Positions 35,201 through 44,561 of a stretch of DNA of 64,000 bases are shown here, in pieces. This DNA is from Myxococcota bacterium (GTDB lineage Bacteria > Myxococcota_A > UBA9160 > UBA4427), in NCBI GenBank assembly GCA_029243605.1, contig JAQWRT010000015.1, forward strand, positions 99,392 to 163,391. The letters are read 5' to 3'. How positions within the stretch are numbered: position 1 is the first letter of the stretch; each line of letters begins with the position of its first letter. A program made the translations under genes and the position numbers. The notes beneath the pieces were generated by a model. That model worked only from the letters and a program-made list of their open reading frames with translations. It was not told where the DNA came from and did not search any database.

Positions 35201-36197
35201 AGACGTCGAGAATGGTGTCGAGATTGGCGCGTACCCGGGCCGGGGCAACGCCCACCTGGGGTGCGTAGAGCATCACCTCTTCGGCCAGATCATCCCATTG
35301 GGCCAGCCGATCTCGGGCTTCATCGGGTGTGCAGGCGATGGCAATTTCGTCGACCAGGGAATCGGGGATAGCCTCGGCCATGGCGCGGATATCGAAGGTG
35401 GCCAGGGCGGCGCGGCAGGCATCGGCGACCTCGGGCAGCCCGTGGTAATCGAGAATCGTGCGATAGACCGAGACCGTGTAGTAGAAACCGATTTGTCCCT
35501 TGGCGTCGCGAATCGCCTGTTCGCGATCATCGGAGAGCGAGGTCATGACGTAGGGGACGAGTTGGCAGGCGCCAGGCTCCCGACTCGCACCGGCTTCGGC
35601 CTCGCGCAGGGTGGGCAGGGTTACCTCTCGGTGCCAGCGTCGGGTGGCGATGGGGTGGCCCACCATGCCATCGGCCTGGGCGCCGGCGGCGGCCATCATT
35701 CCGCGATTGACCGCGGCGAGCCAGAGGGGGATCTCTTCCCGGGCGGCGCCCGGGCGGGAGTAGACGGGAATCTTCAGGTCGTAGAAATCCCCCTCGAACC
35801 TGAAGCCCAGGCCCCCGGCCGCGCGAAAGAGTTGACGCAAGAGCACGAGCAGTTCTCGGCTTCGAGCGGCGGGCTTGGAAAAGGGGACACCGAACCACTC
35901 CTCGTTCATGCGCGAGGTTCCACTGCCCAACCCCAGGATCATCCGTCCCTGGGATAACTCGTCGATGTCCATGGCCGCCGTGGCGTGGGTGAGGGGAGAG
36001 CGGACAAAGGCGCTGGCGATCCCCGTACCCAGGCGGATTCTCTCGGTGGCCTGGGCCAAGGCCCCGAGCACCGGGAAGGTCTGCTGGTTGAAAAACTCGC
36101 AGGCGTAGACCGCGTCAAAGCCCGCTTCTTCCGCGCGTACGCCCAACTCGACGTTGCCCCGCGCGCTGCCTCCCGTGAGAATGAGGCCCAGATCCAT
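35190..36197 (-). CDS. Luciferase-like monooxygenase (LLM) class oxidoreductase
   Basis: EEAGFDAVYACEFF, RIRLGTGIASAF, DIDELSQGRMILGLGSG. Full-length TIM-barrel LLM pattern. Confidence 0.85.
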   Translation of the reverse strand: MDLGLILTGGSARGNVELGVRAEEAGFDAVYACEFFNQQTFPVLGALAQATERIRLGTGIASAFVRSPLTHATAAMDIDELSQGRMILGLGSGTSRMNEEWFGVPFSKPAARSRELLVLLRQLFRAAGGLGFRFEGDFYDLKIPVYSRPGAAREEIPLWLAAVNRGMMAAAGAQADGMVGHPIATRRWHREVTLPTLREAEAGASREPGACQLVPYVMTSLSDDREQAIRDAKGQIGFYYTVSVYRTILDYHGLPEVADACRAALATFDIRAMAEAIPDSLVDEIAIACTPDEARDRLAQWDDLAEEVMLYAPQVGVAPARVRANLDTILDVFKR

Positions 36198-36504
36198 GGG
36201 TTTCCGCCTCCCGCCGCGTTTGGGTGACCTTCGTTAGTGTCCTCACTCTAGTATGCCCGCTCGCCCGATGCTGGGTGTCTCGGTGGCCCCTGCCTCGCGC
36301 TGGAATGTCGCCAGGCCTCGGCGGGTCGGTGACTTCGAAAACCTTCGATTTGCTTTCCGGGAGTCAAGCGGCGAAGATGATGAGGGTGAAATTGCTCAGG
36401 GAGCGTGACCGGTTGATGTACGCGGATCTCTCTAGCTCGGCGGTCGAGGCTGCGGCGCCAAGCCGCTGGCCAAGGCGCTCCCCCGGCCGACCTTGGAGTT
36501 GCGG

Positions 36505-37032
36505 ATGAGTCCGCTGGTCCCAGGGAGCAACGAAGCGGCCTTGGGTCGCTGGTGGACCCTGGGCGGCGTTGAGATGCTCGACGTGATGTCCAGCGTCGAG
36601 CAGTTGCTCGATCAAGGGCGCACGGTGCATATCGGCACAGACGCGCAGCAGTCGTCGCGCCGGATGGAGTTCGTCACCGTGCTCTGCGCTTTGAATCCCG
36701 GCAAGGGAGGGCGCGTCTTCTATACCCGGCAATTCGCCGAAAAGGATATGTCGCTCTTCGACAAGCTTTCGATGGAGACCTGGCTAAGCCTGGAACTCGC
36801 CCTGCGGATGAATGCCGAGTTCGATCTTCCCTCGGACAAGAAACGCATTTGGGTTCACGTCGATGCCAATCCCGATACCCGATTCGACTCGAGCAGCTAT
36901 GTCAAACAGCTCGCGGGTATGGTGGCGGGGAGCGGTTTTCCCGTGCTCGTGAAGCCCGATGCCTGGTGCGCCTCGCATGTCGCCGATTTCGCGGTCAAGA
37001 ACAAGCACCGTCGGGTGCTCACCCGGGGCTAG
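36505..37032 (+). CDS. YkuK-like RNase H-fold protein (DUF458 family)
   Basis: VHIGTDAQ (compare IGTDSQ of the family), and the ~175-aa size. Start is the ATG at 36505 (alternative TTG at 36493). Its stop overlaps the pheT stop in a shared CTAG (37029-37032). Confidence 0.65.
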   Translation: MSPLVPGSNEAALGRWWTLGGVEMLDVMSSVEQLLDQGRTVHIGTDAQQSSRRMEFVTVLCALNPGKGGRVFYTRQFAEKDMSLFDKLSMETWLSLELALRMNAEFDLPSDKKRIWVHVDANPDTRFDSSSYVKQLAGMVAGSGFPVLVKPDAWCASHVADFAVKNKHRRVLTRG

Positions 37033-39455
37033 CCGTTACGGAGTTCGCCGCCGAGTTCGCTGACCAGGGCCTCGAAACGTTTGAGGAATTTTTGCTCGTC
37101 TTTCTCGGTGAGCGTCTTCTTCTCGGATTGCAGCGTGACGTGGTACGCCAGGGATTTGCGACCGGCCCCCACGCTGTCGCCCCGGTAGAGGTCGAAGAGT
37201 TCGGCGTCGGCAACGCTGCCCTTGCCGGCCTTTGTGATGGCGCTGTGAACCTCGGCGGCGGTGGTGGTCTCGGGCAGGGCAACGGCGACGTCGAGTTTGA
37301 TGCCCGGGTAGCGAGCCAGGGCCTTATATCGGCTCCCGCGTTTCGGTGCCTTCAGTAGGGCGTCGATGGAAACCTCGCCGACGGCGACCTCGCTGGCCTG
37401 CTCTCCCGAGAGGCCGAGGGCGGCGTGAAGGCCCGGGTCGAGTTCTGCGACGACGGCGAGCACATCTCCGCTCTCGGTGCAGACGGCTTCGAGGGCCTTG
37501 GCCGGGTGGGCCCAGACCGGCGGGTCCGGAGCGGGTCGCCAGTGGGTCTCCGCGGCCTCGAGTTGATCGAGCAGGTCGGTGACAACGCCCTGAAGCCGGT
37601 TGAATGCGTGGGCGTCGAAGCGGGCTCCGGCGCCGGCGGGGGCGCTGGCCCAGACGAGGCCCGCGAGGTGGAGTTCCTGGGGTTCCCGGTTTCGGTCCTC
37701 GGGATCGGGCAGGTATCCCTTGCCGACTTCGAAGAGGCGGACATCGTCGAGAAGCCGGCGATTGGTCTCGAGGCCGGCCAGGAGTGAGGGTGCCACCGAA
37801 CGGCGAATGCGTTCCTCGCCGTGGGCGACGGGGTTGACGATGCGGACGTGGGGCAGATCGAGCATGCCCAATTTCTCGAGCAGTGCGTCGTGAACGAAGG
37901 AGTAGCTGAGGGTTTCATGGAAACGCCCGGCCCCGGCCAGGCGGTCCTGAAGCGCCCGCACGAGGTGTCGCCGGGGATCCTTGGGCGGCGGTGTGATATC
38001 GGCCCGCATGAACTTCTCTTCGATATTTCCGTAGCGGTAGATACGGCCGATCTCTTCCACCAGATCCCGGTCGAGATGAACGTCCTTGGTGGAACGCGAG
38101 GAGGGGACCGCCACCGCGTAGCTCGCCCCGTCTTTTTCGACTCCGAAACCGAGACGCTCGAGGATCGAGGTGATCTCCTCGTCGGGGATGGCCTTGCCGA
38201 GTTCCCTCCGCACCTGTTCGGGCCGAAGGGTCAGGGTGTGCGCCGGATCCGTCCACTCGCCTACATCGGTGGGCGGAGCGGGGAAACTCACCTCGGGCTG
38301 AAGTTCACGCAGGAGTCGTGCGAAGTGGGCGCCGGCGCGCTGGGGCAGGGTGGGGTCGAGGCTCTTCTCGAAGCGTGCCGAAGCATCGGTGCGCAGGCCC
38401 AGCCGCGAGGAGGTGCGGCGCACCACCGCCGGAGCGAAGGTGGCGATCTCGAGGAGGAGAGCGTCGGTCGTGTCCCCGACTTTGGAACCCTCGCCTCCCA
38501 TGATCCCAGCCAGAGCGACGGGACGATCGGCCGAGCAGATCAGCAGGTCACTCGGTTGGAGGGCTCGGTCTTCCCCGTCGAGGGTTGTCATTTGCTCGCC
38601 TTCGCGGGCCATCCGGATCGCGATTCCGTCTGAGTCCAGGGCGTGGCGGTCGAAGGTGTGGTTGGGTTGGCCGAGGTCGAGCATGACGAAATTCGAGAGG
38701 TCCACCAGACAGTCGATGGAGCGTTGCCCCACCGCGAGGAGCAGGCCCTTGAGCCAATCCGGGGATTCCGTCGCCTGGGCGCCATCGATCTGCAGGCCGA
38801 TATAGCGCGAGCAGGCCGGGGTCTCGATGCGGATCGGGTAGGGGGCGCCGTCGCCCCACTCGGGCCAATCGAAGGAGAGCGGCTTGAGGGGGCGGCTATA
38901 GATGGCGGCGATTTCCGCCGCGATGCCGCGATGGCCCCAGAGGTCGGGCCGGTGGGTGAGGGATTTGTTGTCGATCTCGATCACCCAGTCGTCGAGGCCC
39001 ACGGCGTCGGCCACGGGTTGGCCGATCTCGGCCGCTTCGGGAAGCACCCAAATGCCGTCGTGATCCTCGCCGAGTTCGAGTTCCCGAACCGAGCAGATCA
39101 TGCCCCGGCTCTCGACTCCCCGAATCTTGGATTTCTTGATCTTGAAATCTCCGGGCAGGACGGTGCCCACGGTGGCTACGGCGACCTTCTGGCCGGCATC
39201 GACATTGGTTGCCCCGCAGACAATGTTGAGATTTTCCTCCTCACCGACATCCACGGTGCAGACGCTGAGCTTGTCGGCATCGGGATGCGGAACCCGGGTC
39301 TCCACCCTTCCGACCCGGACGGCCGAGAGGTGCGGTGCGAATTTCTCGAGCCCTTCGACCTCGGCGGTGGAGAGGGTGAGATCCTCGCAAAGTTGCTCGG
39401 GGGAGATGCCTTCGAGGTCGACATGCCGGCCCAGCCAGCGGTAGGAGACGTACAT
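37029..39455 (-). CDS. pheT: Phenylalanine--tRNA ligase beta subunit
   Basis: The ATG at 39455 gives MYVSYRWLGRHVDLEG, the conserved PheT N-terminus. About 808 aa. The start overlaps the pheS stop (TAATG). Confidence 0.95.
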   Translation of the reverse strand: MYVSYRWLGRHVDLEGISPEQLCEDLTLSTAEVEGLEKFAPHLSAVRVGRVETRVPHPDADKLSVCTVDVGEEENLNIVCGATNVDAGQKVAVATVGTVLPGDFKIKKSKIRGVESRGMICSVRELELGEDHDGIWVLPEAAEIGQPVADAVGLDDWVIEIDNKSLTHRPDLWGHRGIAAEIAAIYSRPLKPLSFDWPEWGDGAPYPIRIETPACSRYIGLQIDGAQATESPDWLKGLLLAVGQRSIDCLVDLSNFVMLDLGQPNHTFDRHALDSDGIAIRMAREGEQMTTLDGEDRALQPSDLLICSADRPVALAGIMGGEGSKVGDTTDALLLEIATFAPAVVRRTSSRLGLRTDASARFEKSLDPTLPQRAGAHFARLLRELQPEVSFPAPPTDVGEWTDPAHTLTLRPEQVRRELGKAIPDEEITSILERLGFGVEKDGASYAVAVPSSRSTKDVHLDRDLVEEIGRIYRYGNIEEKFMRADITPPPKDPRRHLVRALQDRLAGAGRFHETLSYSFVHDALLEKLGMLDLPHVRIVNPVAHGEERIRRSVAPSLLAGLETNRRLLDDVRLFEVGKGYLPDPEDRNREPQELHLAGLVWASAPAGAGARFDAHAFNRLQGVVTDLLDQLEAAETHWRPAPDPPVWAHPAKALEAVCTESGDVLAVVAELDPGLHAALGLSGEQASEVAVGEVSIDALLKAPKRGSRYKALARYPGIKLDVAVALPETTTAAEVHSAITKAGKGSVADAELFDLYRGDSVGAGRKSLAYHVTLQSEKKTLTEKDEQKFLKRFEALVSELGGELRNG

Positions 39456-40504
39456 TAGAACTGCTCCAAAAAGCGAATGTCGCCGCCGAGAAGGTGGCGG
39501 ACGTCGTCGATGGTATGCCGCAGCATGACCAGGCGGGAGAGGCCGAGGCCGAAGGCGAAAGCGCCCCATTCCTCGGGATCCACACCGCCCGCGCGAAGCA
39601 CGTTGGGGTGAACGAGTCCGCAGGGCAGAAGTTCGATCCAGCGGGTTCGTTTGCAGACCCGGCAGCCCTCCTCGCAGAAGGGGCAGCGGGCATCGAGTTC
39701 GAAGCCGGGCTCGACGAAGGGGAAATAGCCCGGGCGGAGCCGGACCTCGAGATCCCGGTCGAAGATGCCGCGCAGCAGGGTCTTCATGGCGCCGATCAGG
39801 TGGGCGACCGAGATGTCGCGGTCGACGACCAGGCCCTCCATCTGGTGGAAGGTGTGGTCGTGGCTCGCATCGGTGGATTCGTGGCGAAAGACCTTGCCGG
39901 GGATCACGACTCGCAAAGGGGGCTCGAGGTTTTCCAGCGCCCTGATCTGGACCGGCGAGGTGTGGGTGCGGAGGACCAGATGCCCATCCCCCTCGCAGAA
40001 AAATGTGTCGTGGCTATCCCGGGCGGGGTGGTCGGCGGGGATATTCAGCGCCTCGAAATTGTAGTAGTCGGTTTCGATCTCCGGGCCATCGAGTATCCGG
40101 TAGCCCATGGATTGGAAGAGATCCTCGAGTTCTCGGGTGACTTGGGTCAGGGGGTGGAGCGATCCGCGCTGGGGCCGGGGCGGGGGCAGACTGGGGTCGA
40201 AGCCCTGGCCCTCGCGTTCGGCGGCCACCTGGGCGTCGGCCAAGCCGCGTTGCCGGGCTTCAAGGGCCTGCTGGACCCCTTTTTTCAGGATATTCGCCTG
40301 CTTCCCCGCCTCGGGTCGCTCCTCGGGCGGGGCGTTGGGAATCGAGGCCAGCAGGCGTGCGACCACGCCCTGCTTGCCGACGTACTCGCGCTCGACTTCC
40401 TTGAGCGCCTCGGGGCTCTCGCAGGCGAGGATTTTCGCTTCGGCCTCGGCGAGGGTTGGGGCGCTTGAGTCGTTGCCGGCGTCGCCGGATGCGGGATCGG
40501 ACAC
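39455..40504 (-). CDS. pheS: Phenylalanine--tRNA ligase alpha subunit
   Basis: GTG start 5 nt after AGGAGA. Class II aaRS core (HPLTQV.., FRHESTDASHDHTFHQMEGL, GLVHPNVL). Directly upstream of pheT. Confidence 0.95.
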   Translation of the reverse strand: MSDPASGDAGNDSSAPTLAEAEAKILACESPEALKEVEREYVGKQGVVARLLASIPNAPPEERPEAGKQANILKKGVQQALEARQRGLADAQVAAEREGQGFDPSLPPPRPQRGSLHPLTQVTRELEDLFQSMGYRILDGPEIETDYYNFEALNIPADHPARDSHDTFFCEGDGHLVLRTHTSPVQIRALENLEPPLRVVIPGKVFRHESTDASHDHTFHQMEGLVVDRDISVAHLIGAMKTLLRGIFDRDLEVRLRPGYFPFVEPGFELDARCPFCEEGCRVCKRTRWIELLPCGLVHPNVLRAGGVDPEEWGAFAFGLGLSRLVMLRHTIDDVRHLLGGDIRFLEQF

Positions 40505-40591
40505 GTAGATCTCCTGGCAGCAGTGGGCGGGTCGCCTGGGCGCGGATCTTAACGAATCAAGGCCGGGGCGTCTCGGCGCAGGGCGCCCGGG

Positions 40592-41788
40592 CTACGCGTT
40601 TTCGGGGCGAGGCGCGGCGCTGCTCTGAAGTCCGAGGGAGAGCAGGGCTCCGATGGCGAAGAGGGCAGCCGCCAGATAGAAGGGGAAAGTGCCGGACATA
40701 TCGTAGAGAAAGCCCGCCAGGAGGGGGCCGAAGATTCGGGCCAGAGCGGCGCTGGATTGGAAGAACCCCATCAACTCGCCTCGGCTCGAGGCCTCGCCCC
40801 GCATGGAGATCAGGCTCGTCATGGGCGGCTGGGCAATGGCCCGGCCCAGAGCCAAGACCGCCAGGGGGATCATCAGGAGGCCGACGGTATGGATCGAGGG
40901 AATCACGGGAAAGGCCAGGGCCATGAGCACGAGCCCGCTGACCAGCATTCGCTTCTCTCCCAGACGATCGACCAGGGGGCGGATGCCGCCACCCTGGATA
41001 CTGGCCATGACCACCGCCATGGCAACGAGGATATAAGCGACCTGGCGGACCGAATACCCGAATTCGTCACTCATCCAGTAAAAGAAGGTCGATTCGAGTT
41101 GGGCGACTCCCACGGTAAAGAAGAGATTCGTCCCACAGATGCGGGCCACCACCGGATCGGACAGGGCCGCTCGCAGGCCGGCGCGCCGGGTTTCCCGAGC
41201 CTCGTGGCGCTCGGGCTCCCGGAGAGCAAAGGCCGCCCACAGGAGGTTGATTCCCGCGAGCCCAGCGGCGACGAAGGCGGGCAGGCTCGCCGAGAAGGGG
41301 TGGAGCAGGCCGCCGAGAGCCGGGCCGAGAATGAAGCCGATCCCGAAGGAGGCCCCCACCATGCCCATCCAGCGTGTGCGCTCACTCTCGTCGGTGACAT
41401 CGGCCACGTAGGCCGTGGCCACACTGATATTGGCGCTGAAGAGTCCCGAGAGGAGTCGGGAGATGAAGAGCCCCAGGATGCTCTCGGCCAGGCCGAGCAT
41501 CAGGAGCGCGCCGCAGGTCCCGGCGATGGTGATCAGCATGATCGGCCGACGTCCGAAGCGGTCCGAGGCCCGGCCCCAGATCGGGGAAAAGATGAATTGC
41601 AGCGCGGCGTGGGTCGCGAGCAGGATGCCCAGGATCCCCGCCGAAGCCCCGAGATCCTTGGTGTAGGCGGGGAGGATCGGAATCACGATCCCAAAGCCGA
41701 TCAGGTCGACGATGATGACGCTGAAGAGGATCGGCAGGGTCGAGCCGGTGCGCTCGGTTGTGGCCGAACCCGGGCTGCTCTCTGTCAA
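40592..41788 (-). CDS. MFS transporter (Tet/drug-H+ antiporter-like)
   Basis: About 12 TM segments and MFS motif A GRASDRFGRRPIM. Confidence 0.85.
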   Translation of the reverse strand: MTESSPGSATTERTGSTLPILFSVIIVDLIGFGIVIPILPAYTKDLGASAGILGILLATHAALQFIFSPIWGRASDRFGRRPIMLITIAGTCGALLMLGLAESILGLFISRLLSGLFSANISVATAYVADVTDESERTRWMGMVGASFGIGFILGPALGGLLHPFSASLPAFVAAGLAGINLLWAAFALREPERHEARETRRAGLRAALSDPVVARICGTNLFFTVGVAQLESTFFYWMSDEFGYSVRQVAYILVAMAVVMASIQGGGIRPLVDRLGEKRMLVSGLVLMALAFPVIPSIHTVGLLMIPLAVLALGRAIAQPPMTSLISMRGEASSRGELMGFFQSSAALARIFGPLLAGFLYDMSGTFPFYLAAALFAIGALLSLGLQSSAAPRPENA

Positions 41789-41818
41789 GATGTCGCCTCT
41801 TTCCCTGGGCCCAAGCGA

Positions 41819-42943
41819 TCAGGCGCTTCCCTGGGCGAGCATCCTGCCCAGGCTTCTCAGCTGGTAGGTGGCTCCACCCAGGCTCAGTTCGAGTTGCTTG
41901 GCGTAGAGGAAGTAGCGATGCAGCGGGTAATCGCGATCGACGCCCATTCCACCGTGGAGGTGCGCGGCGGAATGGACAACCCGTTGTCCGCCCTCGGCGG
42001 CCCAATATTTCGCGACGGCCACTGCTTCGCTGGCCGGCAGGTTAGCGGAGATCCGCCAGGCGGCCTGCCAGGCGGTCAGGCGGACGGCCTCGGTGTCCAC
42101 GTAGGCATCGGCCTGACGCTGGCCCACGGCCTGGAAGGTCGCGATGGGCTGGCCGAATTGTTTGCGGGATTTGGTGTACTCGGCGGTCAGGCGGAGCGCC
42201 TCCTCGCAGACCCCCAGAGCCAGGGAGCACAGGGCGGCGGTGCCGCGCTCGCGGATCCAGTGGAGGATCTCGGCGCCTTGGTCGGCGGCCCCCAGGCGAT
42301 CCGCTTTCTGCATCCGGGCCCCGGTCAGTTCGAGGGTGGCCTCGGGCTGGCCGCTGGTGGTGAGGAGGGGGACTATTTCGACGCCCTCGGTCTCGGGGTC
42401 GACGATAAAGAGGCCCACGCTCCTGTCGTCCAGGGTCGCCGGAACGATTAATCGATGCGCGAGTTGTCCGGCGGGCACGCAAACCTTGCGACCCTCCAGG
42501 CGGAAACCCTTGCCGTCGCTGTGGGCCCGGGTGACGGGCTCCGTCGGGTTGGCCTGGTCCTCGACCAGGGCCGAGGTCAGGATCAACTCACCCTGGGCAG
42601 CGCCCGGGAGAAGCGCCTGCTTTTGGGCCTCGCTGCCGAATTCGGCGATGGGCAGGGCGCCGAGCACTGCGGATTCGAGTAGGGGGATGGGTGCCGTTCG
42701 TCGGCCGATTTCCTCGAGGATCCGGCTCAGTTCGAAGAAGCCCTGGCCCGAGCCGCCGTAGAGTTCGGGGATGGCGATGCCGAGCAGGCCGGCTTCCGCC
42801 ATTTCTCGCCAGAGCTTCGGGTCGAAGCGCGGTCCCTCCTGGGCTTCGATTTCGCGTAGTCGGTCGTGGCTGGCGCTATCCGTCAGGATCTGTGCGGCCA
42901 GGCCGGCGAAAGCCAACTCGTCTTCTGTGGGAGCAAAGTTCAT
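41819..42943 (-). CDS. Acyl-CoA dehydrogenase family protein
   Basis: ACAD N-terminus (FAPTEDELAF.., AGLLGIAIPELYGGSG) and C-terminal helical domain (HGGMGVDRDYPLHRYF). Confidence 0.85.
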   Translation of the reverse strand: MNFAPTEDELAFAGLAAQILTDSASHDRLREIEAQEGPRFDPKLWREMAEAGLLGIAIPELYGGSGQGFFELSRILEEIGRRTAPIPLLESAVLGALPIAEFGSEAQKQALLPGAAQGELILTSALVEDQANPTEPVTRAHSDGKGFRLEGRKVCVPAGQLAHRLIVPATLDDRSVGLFIVDPETEGVEIVPLLTTSGQPEATLELTGARMQKADRLGAADQGAEILHWIRERGTAALCSLALGVCEEALRLTAEYTKSRKQFGQPIATFQAVGQRQADAYVDTEAVRLTAWQAAWRISANLPASEAVAVAKYWAAEGGQRVVHSAAHLHGGMGVDRDYPLHRYFLYAKQLELSLGGATYQLRSLGRMLAQGSA

Positions 42944-42963
42944 TTGCCGACTCCGTTCTTTGT

Positions 42964-44142
42964 CTACATGCGCGGGACTCGGGGAAGCCCGAGTCCGAAG
43001 AGGCCGATGAGATCACGCTGGATCTCGTTGGTGCCCCCGCCGAAGGTGAGGATAAGGAGGCTGCGGTAGAGGGACTCCACGTAGCCGTGAACGAGGTCGT
43101 CGGGGGAGCCCCGTCGCAGGTAGGCGCGCTCGCCCATGATCTCCATCAGGAGACGGAATGCCTCGAGGTAGAACTCGGTCCCGAAGACTTTGATGCTCGA
43201 GGCATCGGCGGTGTCGAGTTTGCCCTGGGTGCTCGACCAGGCGACCTTCCAGTTGAGCAGGCGCAGGAAGTGGAGGCCCGAGTGGACCCGCGCCAGGTTG
43301 ACCTGGACCCATTCCTGGTCGATCACCCGTTCTCCGCTGGCGGTGCGGGTCTCCCGGGTCCATTCGAGCACCTGGTCGTAGGCGCTTTCCAGCATGCCCG
43401 GGGAGCAGATGGTGACTCGCTCGTGATTGAGTTGGCTGGTGATCAGCTTCCAGCCCTTGTTCTCGCCTCCGACGAGCCGGGAGGCGGGCACCCGAACGTT
43501 ATCGAAATAGGTGCTGCAAATATTGTGGTCCGAGAGCAGGGACATGGGCTCGGCCTTGATGCCCTCGCTGTCCATGTCGACGACGAACATCGAGATGCCC
43601 GCGTGCTTGGCCGCCTCGGGATCGGTCCGGGTGGCGAGCCAGATATAGTCGGCATCGCTCGCCAGGCTCGTGTAGACCTTTTGCCCGTTGATGAGGTAGT
43701 CGTCCCCCTGGCGCTCGGCCCGGGTGATCAGGGAAGCGAGGTCGGTGCCCGAGCCGGGCTCGGTGTAACCGATGCAGAAGTGAATCTCGCCCTTGAGGAT
43801 TCGGGGTAGGAAAAAATCCTTCTGTTCCTGGCTGCCGTTGCGGTAGAGGGTGGGGCCCACCGTGTTGATGGTCAGCATGGGCACCGGAGCTCCCGAGCGC
43901 ATGGATTCGTCGAAGAAGATGAATTGCTCGATGTCCGAGCGTCCCTGGCCGCCGTATTCCTCGGGCCAGCCGATGCCCAGCCAGCCATCGGTGCCCATCT
44001 GCCGGACCACACTGCGCATGGCCTCGCCGGTTCCGTGGCCTTCGTGAATGGCCTGTCGGACGTCGGGGGTCAGCAATTTGTCATAGTAGGCCCGGAGTTC
44101 TTGGCGAAGGGCTTCCTGCTCCGGCGTGTAGGCGATGTGCAT
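42964..44142 (-). CDS. Acyl-CoA dehydrogenase family protein
   Basis: The ATG at 44142 gives MHIAYTPEQEALRQELRAYYDKL.. The sequence continues GWLGIGWPEEYGGQG and CIGYTEPGSGTDLA. The upstream 154 track codons are shadow in the intergenic region. Confidence 0.85.
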   Translation of the reverse strand: MHIAYTPEQEALRQELRAYYDKLLTPDVRQAIHEGHGTGEAMRSVVRQMGTDGWLGIGWPEEYGGQGRSDIEQFIFFDESMRSGAPVPMLTINTVGPTLYRNGSQEQKDFFLPRILKGEIHFCIGYTEPGSGTDLASLITRAERQGDDYLINGQKVYTSLASDADYIWLATRTDPEAAKHAGISMFVVDMDSEGIKAEPMSLLSDHNICSTYFDNVRVPASRLVGGENKGWKLITSQLNHERVTICSPGMLESAYDQVLEWTRETRTASGERVIDQEWVQVNLARVHSGLHFLRLLNWKVAWSSTQGKLDTADASSIKVFGTEFYLEAFRLLMEIMGERAYLRRGSPDDLVHGYVESLYRSLLILTFGGGTNEIQRDLIGLFGLGLPRVPRM

Positions 44143-44561
44143 TTCGTCTCCCAGGCTTCCCGGGATGGGTAGCCAGGTGGTGGGTTCACGGTCCCTCGAC
44201 TCGATATTCGCGGCGGATCCGGGGCCGCTGGGCCCGGGCCCGGATTCGGTGACCCGGGTGGAATCCCCGGCCATTCTCGACCTCTCGGGTGCGGGACGAG
44301 AATGCCGCGTTGGGACGTCTACGTCGACCCGCTCGCCCGGGCGGCTTCCTGGCCCCGGGCGTGCATCAAATCGCTGCCCGTTTTGGTCCCGAGACCGATT
44401 GGCTTGGCGCATCTCCCCGCTTTGGTTAGCGTCAGGCGGTCCGCGGCCGCTCGGCGTGCGCCCGCCACCGACGCACACCGGACACGAGGTCCCCTGAACC
44501 CGATATTTGACCACGAGGGCAGCGCTCGCTCCCCTCGTCGAATCAGCGAGGAAGATCTGGA

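Noticed and set aside
33103-35268. A 721-aa plus-strand track ORF. Similar very long ORFs include 34557..35957, 31230..32981, 40757..42451, 49151..50632, 12716..14074, 44817..46058, 55189..56415, 57434..58693, 17270..18481 and 18478..19659.
   Set aside because: Each lies antisense to, or out of frame with, a gene that has clear family motifs. Their translations are Arg/Gly/Pro/Ala low-complexity strings with no motifs. Long stop-free shadow frames are expected in GC-rich DNA.
36400-36480. Resemblance of GGGAGCGUGACCGG...CCGCUGGCCA to the ZTP (pfl) riboswitch core (..GUGACUGGCG.. / ..CCGCCUGGGC..).
   Set aside because: The match is only partial and rests on my memory of the consensus, and the pseudoknot-forming bases differ. 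The downstream gene (YkuK-like) is not a purine or folate gene. It needs a covariance-model scan before any claim.
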